12,593 nt of DNA from the NCBI GenBank assembly GCA_003135575.1, contig PLCG01000104.1, positions 3,036 through 15,628 on the forward strand, in the 5' to 3' direction. The notes below the pieces were generated by a model. It was given only the letters and a program-made list of their open reading frames with translations. It was not told where the DNA came from and made no database searches. Shown here piece after piece: positions 5,821-11,108 of the stretch (position 1 is the stretch's first letter; every line of letters begins with the position of its first letter). The stretch comes from Nitrososphaerota archaeon. Its GTDB lineage: Archaea; Thermoproteota; Nitrososphaeria; Nitrososphaerales; Gagatemarchaeaceae. Position numbers and translations under genes: made by a program.

Positions 5821-5926
5821 GGATATACTTGGACGCCTCGATATTTATGCCCCACTCTTTCAAATCAGACGATTGCAGAGTCGCCGTTTAGTAAAATTTG
5901 TCGCGTTTTTTCGTTCGAAAGTGCCG
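5725..5926. repeat. intergenic motif module, copy B (paralogous to 749-833)
   Basis: TGTGGACCGGGGGGG (5725-5739, direct). CGAGTCCC (5759-5766, inverted). ATTGGATATAC (5818-5828, inverted). TATTTATGCC (5842-5851, inverted). GTTCGAAAGTGCCG (5913-5926, direct), followed 6 nt later by TTTAAG, as copy A is followed 7 nt later by TTAAAATA. Confidence 0.6.
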
Positions 5927-5961
5927 AATGTGTTTAAGCGCCTTGCGCTCAGTCCCTCGAA

Positions 5962-6234
5962 TCAAAGGAATCTCTTTGTCCACTTCTCTCGTTTGTACGC
6001 CGCGTTCATGCATCGATCGTAGAGAGCCTTTGTTCTCAAGAAGCTATATTTGTCTCCAGCTAAGAGATTCTGGTATTCTTCATCGTCAACTACCTCGCCG
6101 ATAATGAATCGGACTTTCTTCGAAGCTAAATCTCTAAGATAGTCCTTGTAGTCCTTCTCCATGCTGAGCTCCTTTCCATATTGCTCGAGCAGTCGAGGAA
6201 GTTCGTCATCATTCAAAATTCCCTGAACTAGCAA
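5962..6234 (-). CDS. 90-aa charged hypothetical protein
   Basis: ORF track. The TTG at 6234 lies 23 nt downstream of the centre of the minus-strand ATTTATC (6254-6260). Composition is protein-like (DDELPRLLEQYGKEL...), and the plus-strand alternatives are R/S/C-rich shadows. Confidence 0.5.
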   Translation of the reverse strand: MLVQGILNDDELPRLLEQYGKELSMEKDYKDYLRDLASKKVRFIIGEVVDDEEYQNLLAGDKYSFLRTKALYDRCMNAAYKREKWTKRFL

Positions 6235-6253
6235 GGCCCAGACGAGTTCTCTT

Positions 6254-6260
6254 GATAAAT
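6254..6260 (-). promoter_or_regulatory. TATA-like box (minus strand ATTTATC) for 5962..6234
   Basis: The position relative to the TTG at 6234 fits leaderless geometry. Confidence 0.35.
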
Positions 6261-6284
6261 CGTATTCCCATTATGCTGTGGTAG

Positions 6285-6309
6285 GGCAACGCTCGACCTA
6301 TGCGTTGCC
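6285..6309. other. perfect 8-bp stem hairpin GGCAACGC-N9-GCGTTGCC
   Basis: Read directly. It lies between the 58-aa ORF and the promoter of the 90-aa gene. There is no adjacent T-run, so a terminator role is uncertain. Confidence 0.3.
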
Positions 6310-6372
6310 GGTTTCGTGTGACGACTCATGCTCATGGCTTGGAGTTCTGCGGTTGGTGTCTTGAGCCTTGTT

Positions 6373-6404
6373 GTGGTTATTCGTGGTTATTCGTGGTTAT
6401 GTGG
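6373..6404. repeat. tandem 10-bp repeat GTGGTTATTC, about 3.2 copies
   Basis: GTGGTTATTC GTGGTTATTC GTGGTTAT GTGG, read directly. It spans the stop codon of the 58-aa minus-strand ORF. Confidence 0.8.
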
Positions 6405-6563
6405 CTTCGCAAAGCTGTCTAGTGTGTTGCGCAGCATGGTTCCGACCAGGCGCTCCTCGTCGGTAGGTTCGAGGTATGGGGCGATTAGGCTCTTGATCAG
6501 TGTAGCTTCTCGCTTGTCGAGTTCGAGGATTGCCTTGTCGGCGTCGATTATGGTTAGCTGCAT
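6387..6563 (-). CDS. 58-aa small protein (below the ORF-track cutoff): MQLTIIDADKAILELDKREATLIKSLIAPYLEPTDEERLVGTMLRNTLDSFAKPHNHE
   Basis: Manual translation with ATG at 6563 and TAA at 6387-6389. The plus strand here is strongly G+T-skewed and its 79-aa ORF (6328..6567) is S/R/V-rich shadow-like. The composition looks helical and acidic. Confidence 0.4.
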   Translation of the reverse strand: MQLTIIDADKAILELDKREATLIKSLIAPYLEPTDEERLVGTMLRNTLDSFAKPHNHE

Positions 6564-6697
6564 TTGATGGTTACCTGGTGGTAGGCTGTCGCGGCGTGGT
6601 TGAGGGCTTCATCGAGGCGGTTTGTTGTGAATGTGCAATTTAGGCATTTTGCGGTTTTTCCTAGACGGAGATAGACGGAGTTAGGTCTTTGGGTCAT
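6554..6697 (-). CDS. 47-aa small protein, possibly ribbon-helix-helix-like: MTQRPNSVYLRLGKTAKCLNCTFTTNRLDEALNHAATAYHQVTIKCS
   Basis: Manual translation with ATG at 6697 immediately after an in-frame TAG and a stop at 6554-6556. It overlaps the next ORF by 10 nt. A short beta-like SVYLRL is followed by helical segments. A TATA-like ATAATAAA (rc of 6745-6752) lies about 50 nt upstream. Confidence 0.3.
   Translation of the reverse strand: MTQRPNSVYLRLGKTAKCLNCTFTTNRLDEALNHAATAYHQVTIKCS
6662..6680. repeat. tandem direct repeat TAGACGGAG-A-TAGACGGAG
   Basis: Read directly. It is followed at 6704-6722 by GGCGGTCCC..GGCGGCCC. Confidence 0.75.
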
Positions 6698-6911
6698 TCT
6701 CTAGGCGGTCCCTTGGCGGCCCTCCATTCTGTCTTTCCTGACGGTTTATTATGAGCAGGCCTAGCTAATCTGGGCAGACGGGAGTTGCTTCTCGGGCAGA
6801 TAAGGAAGCTGAATTGCGACGGTCGCAGCTCGGATAAGGAAGAGAATTGCAAGGGCATAAGCCAGCCAAGACGACATTATTTGGACCTGAGCGGAAGCAG
6901 GTGGCTCCAGC

Positions 6912-7253
6912 ATGACAGCGTTAGTTGACCCCGAGAGCCAGGGAAGGCGCCGCAGTCGTACGAAGCTGGGGTTCAGGCGCGTAGATCTGCTGATCTTCAC
7001 GAGAGGCGGGGCCACGGAGGCGATTGCGCACGAGCTCTTGAAGCGCGACGAGGTGGTATCCGTTGGCAGGTCCATCGGTGAGCACACGATAGATCTGAGA
7101 GCGGAGATACTCATCAAGGACAACTCAGAATTGCTCGGATTACTCGAGACGGTGAAAGGCATGAATAACGTGAACGATGTGGTTTGGAGTGAGATTGTCG
7201 AAGTCGTGGGTCAGAAGCGGTCCATACCGACGTCTATCATCGACAAGCTCTGA
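6912..7253 (+). CDS. stand-alone Lrp/AsnC-type RAM (ligand-binding) domain protein, no HTH
   Basis: VDLLIFTRGGATEAIAHELLKRDEVVSVGRSIGEHTIDLRAEILIKDNSELLGLLETVKGMNNVNDVVWSEIVEVV fits the beta-alpha-beta-beta-alpha-beta AsnC_trans_reg pattern. ATG at 6912 with ATTATTT (6876-6882) upstream. No HTH-coding sequence is found upstream in any frame. Confidence 0.55.
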   Translation: MTALVDPESQGRRRSRTKLGFRRVDLLIFTRGGATEAIAHELLKRDEVVSVGRSIGEHTIDLRAEILIKDNSELLGLLETVKGMNNVNDVVWSEIVEVVGQKRSIPTSIIDKL

Positions 7254-7419
7254 AGCCGTTGATTTGTCGCGACTCGCACCCCTAATCTCTAGCGAATTCT
7301 GAAATTATTACAAGAAATGCGTCTTGCTCAGCTGCAAGAGGAAACTGGGCAAATTGCTCACCCTTTAGTGCTCTTTGGAGCGCTTTCCCTGTCTTTCCCT
7401 CCGTTTTGACGGCTCTTCG

Positions 7420-7425
7420 TATATA
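7420..7425 (+). promoter_or_regulatory. TATA box (TATATA)
   Basis: Centred 26-27 nt upstream of the ATG at 7449, which is ideal leaderless spacing. Confidence 0.5.
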
Positions 7426-7448
7426 GGACCCCTCACCCTAAGACTACT

Positions 7449-7568
7449 ATGAACAGAGAAGAAGGCACGGTACACCAGAACAAGACAACCAACAATCCCA
7501 TCCATTTCGTTCGAGAGAACGCAGTCCTACAAGGGTCGAATTCAGACCTCTCGGGTGTCTATCAATGA
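7449..7568 (+). CDS. 39-aa upstream ORF translationally coupled to the wHTH gene: MNREEGTVHQNKTTNNPIHFVRENAVLQGSNSDLSGVYQ
   Basis: Manual translation. The ATG sits at the predicted TSS, and the TGA stop (7566-7568) overlaps the ATG at 7565 in an ATGA arrangement. It is below the ORF-track cutoff. Confidence 0.35.
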   Translation: MNREEGTVHQNKTTNNPIHFVRENAVLQGSNSDLSGVYQ

Positions 7569-7849
7569 TGAAGTATCGCAGCAGGTTCGCGATCGCTTCC
7601 AACATCCTGCATGTGGCCAGGGCTGGCAATGCGACAAAGACGAGGCTGATGTACGGCTCGTTCCTGTCCTTCGCCCAGATCAACGAGTACCTCGGCTTCC
7701 TGATGGCCAACGCGCTCATCATGAGAAGCGAGGAGACGCACATCTACGCGCTGACCGAGAAAGGCGTGAACTTCCTCCGCATCTACGAGGAGCTGAGCAA
7801 GCTCATCCCAATCGACGAAGCGGTCCCGGTTGAGCTAGCCGCAAAGTAA
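7565..7849 (+). CDS. small archaeal winged-helix DNA-binding protein (HTH_45-like)
   Basis: RSRFAIASNILHVARAGNATKTRLMYGSFLSFAQINEYLGFLMANALI...YALTEKGVNFLRIYEEL matches my recollection of the about 90-aa archaeal wHTH family (R-x-x-x-E-I-x-x-x-IL...K-T-x-I-M-Y-x-x-N-L-S-x-x-Q...L-T-x-K-G). Confidence 0.65.
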   Translation: MMKYRSRFAIASNILHVARAGNATKTRLMYGSFLSFAQINEYLGFLMANALIMRSEETHIYALTEKGVNFLRIYEELSKLIPIDEAVPVELAAK

Positions 7850-7886
7850 GATCAGGAAGAGCGCCCGTATTCTCGTGGACCAACTG

Positions 7887-8078
7887 CTAAACGTTGCCAT
7901 TTGGCCTAGATGAGGGGCTGGGCGACCAAATCGGGGTTGGAACCCTGGTTCGAAGAGTGTGGAGTTCTCCGTGTAACCGGTAGAAATGAAACTCCATGAC
8001 GTCTAGCCTCTCCTCGATGACGTTCTCATAGGAAAGAGACCGCCGAAAAACCAAGCCTTTCGGCGAGGAATGCCGCAT
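7887..8078 (-). CDS. 63-aa hypothetical ORF, possibly the 3' part of a frameshifted gene
   Basis: It is the only ORF in the 7850-8131 gap. The central part (SLSYENVIEERLDVMEFHFYRLHGELHTL) is protein-like and the P/S-rich tail is less so. No clear promoter was found. Confidence 0.25.
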   Translation of the reverse strand: MRHSSPKGLVFRRSLSYENVIEERLDVMEFHFYRLHGELHTLRTRVPTPIWSPSPSSRPNGNV

Positions 8079-8131
8079 ATGATTCGATTTCTTGGGTCGG
8101 CGCTGCTCGAAAGGCTTGTGAATATGGCATC

Positions 8132-8530
8132 ATGGCATCATACACTGTGGAGGCGGCCTCCATCATCAACGAATACTTGCCGACCCAGAACCACGAGCTG
8201 GAGAACCGGCTGTTCGACGCGCTGGCCGACGTCGCGGACCTCCTGAGGGAATACGGGGTAGAAGACATCAAGGCCCCGCGCTACCGCGGCCACAACAGCG
8301 CGGCACCCTACTTCGACGCGGTCAAGCTAGCGGTCATAGACTACGTGGGGCCCGAGATCTGGGACGAAGCGCAGGCGAAGTCGGGCGTGGGCGACCGCGG
8401 GCCTGACCAGGGCGCCTGCTGCAGGACCAGGATGGGAAGAGTCGACATCGCAATCTTATCGAATATTTCTATTCGGATCACACTATGTCTTCACCCCCCG
8501 CTCTTCGTCGGTAGGGGGGTCGGCGTATGA
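8132..8530 (+). CDS. hypothetical protein (acidic helical N-terminal ~85 aa; C-terminal ~45 aa of doubtful quality)
   Basis: ORF track with ATG start inside an ATGGCATC ATGGCATC duplication (8124-8139). The stop overlaps the next ATG (ATGA). Confidence 0.45.
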   Translation: MASYTVEAASIINEYLPTQNHELENRLFDALADVADLLREYGVEDIKAPRYRGHNSAAPYFDAVKLAVIDYVGPEIWDEAQAKSGVGDRGPDQGACCRTRMGRVDIAILSNISIRITLCLHPPLFVGRGVGV

Positions 8531-8814
8531 TGATGCTCAGCGGAGTCGTTATTAGTCGCTCTCGATTCGTCTTTGCTGCCTTGGATTTCATTCCGAAGGC
8601 TTGCGTCGTTATTGCTGCGGGGCTTTTCGTAGCGGGCGTTCTTTCGATGCCTTACTACGCTGTGGTGATACCACCTGTTCCCTATTTCGTGTTGAGCACG
8701 TACCTCAACGATGTGTTGCTGTTCGGCCTTGGGGCCTTTTTCGCTGTGTTTGCTGTTTTCGCTGAAGTTCTGAGTCGGAGAGCGGCGAAGTCTGAAGCTT
8801 CGCTTCCCAGCTGA
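8527..8814 (+). CDS. small integral membrane protein (2-3 TM segments)
   Basis: Hydrophobic stretches are ACVVIAAGLFVAGVL, YYAVVIPPVPYFVL and VLLFGLGAFFAVFAVFA. It is start/stop coupled to the upstream gene. Confidence 0.55.
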   Translation: MMMLSGVVISRSRFVFAALDFIPKACVVIAAGLFVAGVLSMPYYAVVIPPVPYFVLSTYLNDVLLFGLGAFFAVFAVFAEVLSRRAAKSEASLPS

Positions 8815-8864
8815 TTCGGAATGCGCTTGTCCCTGGCGGGATCCTCCTCGGAGGGGCCCTGGGC

Positions 8865-9038
8865 GTGGCGGGAGTCGTCAGAGGCCGTCTGATCCTCTTG
8901 GAGGTGGGCTGGGCAGCATTGTTCCTGGAGTCGATACCCCTGGTCTTTGGCGGGGCCTTCGTGTTGACACTGGTGCCAGCCACGTTCTTGGCTTGGCGCG
9001 CCCTAGTCGAGAGTCGTTTGAGTAGTTCTCTAACTTGA
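8865..9038 (+). CDS. 57-aa putative membrane peptide (below the ORF-track cutoff)
   Basis: Manual translation from GTG 8865: (M)AGVVRGRLILLEVGWAALFLESIPLVFGGAFVLTLVPATFLAWRALVESRLSSSLT. The frame is open from 8796 and might be a frameshifted continuation of 8527..8814. The opposing minus ORFs are P/R-rich shadows. Confidence 0.3.
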   Translation: MAGVVRGRLILLEVGWAALFLESIPLVFGGAFVLTLVPATFLAWRALVESRLSSSLT

Positions 9039-9121
9039 AATCATAGCGCCGATTCATTGCTGCTCGAGGGCAGACTCCCGCAGAGGTCACAGGTGTCAAG
9101 GTCGACCGTGAGAACACTCAT

Positions 9122-9147
9122 GTAAGGCGTCAGGCTGGCCCTTCGCC
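9122..9147. repeat. IS terminal inverted repeat (transposase-distal end)
   Basis: 15-nt and 8-nt perfect blocks match 10552-10582 in inverted orientation, with the spacer differing (3 vs 8 nt). Confidence 0.75.
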
Positions 9148-9381
9148 TACTGCCTGCCTGTTGTAGAAGATTGGCTCCCCTTTATCAGCCTAACGCTTGG
9201 ACTGGGGCTAGCTGGACAGACCTGCTCGACCTTTTCCGCATACACTCGATAAACGCTCCGACGCAGGTCGGGCGTATTCTGACGATTCAGCGGAGGCCGG
9301 GCACCACACTCAAATGGAAAAGCTCTATGGCTCAATTCTCACCGAATGGTTCGGTCTGCAACTCCATCCCCATCTATCCCG

Positions 9382-10542
9382 CTAGGCTGACTCACCTCCC
9401 TCTTCCCTATCCAGCCTGGAGAGCTTCTCCTCCGTCAGCTCTTCGTCCTCCCATCTCCAATTCTGTTCGGTGATGAGCATGTGGTGGATCATCCTGGCGA
9501 GCTTCTTCATGGTGAGCACACGGGCGTAGCTCCCCCTCCCCTTCCTCTTCTTGGCGCGGTCGTAGTACTCCTTGATCCCGGGGTTGCGCCTCATCACGGT
9601 GTCGACCATGACGCCGAGGGTCCACCTCGCTATCGAGGGACCGTCCTTCGACATCCTCCCCCTCCTCCGGACGTTGGAGCTGTCCTTGCTCACCGGGACG
9701 ATGCCGAGGTAGCTCGCCACGTGGTCGAACGTCGGGAAGCGGTGCGGGTCCCCGATGTAGGAGGCGTACAGGGAGGCGAGGTAGTAGTCGACGCCCGGTA
9801 TCGACATCATCAGCCTCGCGTGCTTGTTCTCCCTCGCGTTCCTCCTTATCCTCTCCTCCAGTGGCTCGCACTGACCCTCCATGAACTCGAGCCTGTCTGT
9901 CATGGTCTTGAGCACGACGTCCCTGTCGTCGTCGAACCTCAGCGACCGGATCGCGAGCCTCCTCGCGACGGAGAAGTTGTCGCTCGTCTCCGGGAGCGAC
10001 TGAACACCTTCCCTCGTGAGGTAGCTCAGGATGCTGCTCTTCATCCTGCCTATCTCCAACCCGAGCTTGACCCTCTGGATGAGCAGGTCCCTCTCGATCT
10101 GCTCCCCCTTCCCGAGGAGGTGGGACTCGGGCAACATGCCCGCGAGATGGAGCTTCGCTATCTTTAGGCTGTCGGCCCTGTCGTTCTTCTTCTTGGACCT
10201 GACGATCCAGGCGAGCTCCGTGGGGTGGGCGACCGTTATGTCGGTATACCCCAGCTCCTTCAGCATCCTCGAGAACGGGTAGGCCATCAGCGTCGCCTCG
10301 AACGCGACCCTGGCGTCCCTCGACACCCTGCTCGCGAAGAGGGCGTAACCTTCCTCGCTCATCGGGAAGGAGAACCTGTCCGAGACCTCTCCGCCCGGAG
10401 AGAGGACGGTTGCGAGGCTATCGCTGCCGCCCAGGTCGACACCCGCGATCGCGCTGTTGCTCATGCCCTGCTTGATTCTCTTCTTTCTCATTTCTCTTTC
10501 TCTCCTCTCCGCCAGAGCAGGTAGCGACTCCATGCCTGACAT
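9382..10542 (-). CDS. IS110-family transposase (DEDD RuvC-like N-domain plus Transposase_20-type C-domain)
   Basis: IAGVDLGGSDSLATV is the N-terminal catalytic D block. SIPGVDYYLASLYASYIGDPHRFPTFDHVASYLGIVPVSKDSSNVRRRGRMSKDGPSIARW matches the conserved IPG(I/V)G...IGD..RF......A.YAGL.P....SG.......ISK.G....R block. The more likely start is ATG 10464 (MSNSAIAGVDLG), because the 10542 ATG lies inside a terminal hairpin. Confidence 0.9.
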   Translation of the reverse strand: MSGMESLPALAERREREMRKKRIKQGMSNSAIAGVDLGGSDSLATVLSPGGEVSDRFSFPMSEEGYALFASRVSRDARVAFEATLMAYPFSRMLKELGYTDITVAHPTELAWIVRSKKKNDRADSLKIAKLHLAGMLPESHLLGKGEQIERDLLIQRVKLGLEIGRMKSSILSYLTREGVQSLPETSDNFSVARRLAIRSLRFDDDRDVVLKTMTDRLEFMEGQCEPLEERIRRNARENKHARLMMSIPGVDYYLASLYASYIGDPHRFPTFDHVASYLGIVPVSKDSSNVRRRGRMSKDGPSIARWTLGVMVDTVMRRNPGIKEYYDRAKKRKGRGSYARVLTMKKLARMIHHMLITEQNWRWEDEELTEEKLSRLDREEGGESA

Positions 10543-10550
10543 GGAGTCGC
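10524..10550. other. perfect 11-bp stem / 5-nt loop hairpin GCGACTCCATG-CCTGA-CATGGAGTCGC inside the IS 5' non-coding end
   Basis: Read directly. It abuts the inner edge of the inverted repeat at 10552. Confidence 0.8.
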
Positions 10551-10551
10551 G

Positions 10552-10582
10552 GGCGAAGGGCCAGCCGATCAGGACGCCTTAC
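10552..10582. repeat. IS terminal inverted repeat (transposase-proximal end)
   Basis: See 9122-9147. Confidence 0.75.
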
Positions 10583-10625
10583 GAATCAGTCAAATGGCTG
10601 ACGATGATTCAGAATGCGTGTCAGC

Positions 10626-10892
10626 TCAAAGAGACATAGTTTGGGATCTTCTTCTACGCACAGCCATGAATACAAGAATCAGTCCGAAGAGAAACAGTGC
10701 CCCTCCAATTGCCTGTAGGGCATAGCTGGCTGCGGGTGTCGGAACGAAATTGCAGAAAGCACTTGAGCAGATAGCCGTAGGAAAGAAGTATTTGGACAAG
10801 ACCATTATCAACGCTCCTGCTATCATCAAGATTCCCCCGGGGGTCGCACTTGTGCTTCCAGTGACGATAGGCAATGGGTTCGAAATTACCAA
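10626..10892 (-). CDS. small membrane protein (2 TM segments, C-terminal RRRR stop-transfer)
   Basis: GGILMIAGALIMVL and ALQAIGGALFLFGLILVFMAV-RRRR. The start is uncertain: TTG 10892, or TTG 10874, which fits a TATA-like CATTATC better. The overlapping plus ORF 10750..10992 cannot be excluded. Confidence 0.45.
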   Translation of the reverse strand: MVISNPLPIVTGSTSATPGGILMIAGALIMVLSKYFFPTAICSSAFCNFVPTPAASYALQAIGGALFLFGLILVFMAVRRRRSQTMSL

Positions 10893-11108
10893 AGGTCGAG
10901 ATAATGCTTCCGATGCTTTGTTCTGTCAAGTCTGTGGGCACGAACATAAGCCGTCTTGCAAACATCCCCCGGTTTTTGACAGAGCATCATAGCGCTGTCG
11001 TGTCTGTTGCTTCGTGGTAGACTGAGACGAAGGTGAGAGATTCAACCCTGACAGAAGCTTCTTCATCAGCCTCATATACCTGGAAGAGCCCAGAAAGAAA
11101 AGAGTCGT

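Larger units (their letters stand above)
9122..10582 (-). mobile_element. IS110-family insertion sequence (IS1111-like architecture), about 1461 bp
   Basis: It is bounded by imperfect inverted repeats. GTAAGGCG-TCA-GGCTGGCCCTTCGCC (9122-9147) is the reverse complement of GGCGAAGGGCCAGCC-GATCAGGA-CGCCTTAC (10552-10582). It encloses a DEDD/IS110 transposase gene, and its GC content is visibly higher than the flanks. Confidence 0.8.

Noticed and set aside
5663-6104. Plus-strand ORFs 5663..6022, 5749..5937 and 5898..6104.
   Set aside because: They span the intergenic motif or ncRNA-like region and the antisense of the 90-aa gene. Their products are R/S/C/P-rich and have no promoter-start geometry.
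6761-7162. The 133-aa minus-strand ORF antisense to the RAM-domain gene.
   Set aside because: It is S-rich shadow sequence over most of its length. Only its last 38 codons (ATG 6877, MSSWLAYALAILFLIRAATVAIQLPY...) look like a possible TM micro-protein, and that is too weak to annotate.
7447-7743. The 98-aa minus ORF and the 7555..7833 plus ORF overlapping the wHTH gene.
   Set aside because: The 7565..7849 frame has a clear family-like sequence, so the others are shadows.
9407-10524. ORFs 9407..9871(-), 9481..10167(+), 10031..10282(+) and 10225..10524(+).
   Set aside because: They are alternative-frame or antisense shadows of the clearly recognisable IS110 transposase gene, with R/P/E/G-rich low-complexity products.
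10750-10992. The plus-strand 80-aa ORF with a CxxC...C motif opposite the small membrane-protein ORF.
   Set aside because: I preferred the minus-strand ORF because of its two clean TM helices ending in RRRR. The plus ORF is not implausible, so the choice is low-confidence.
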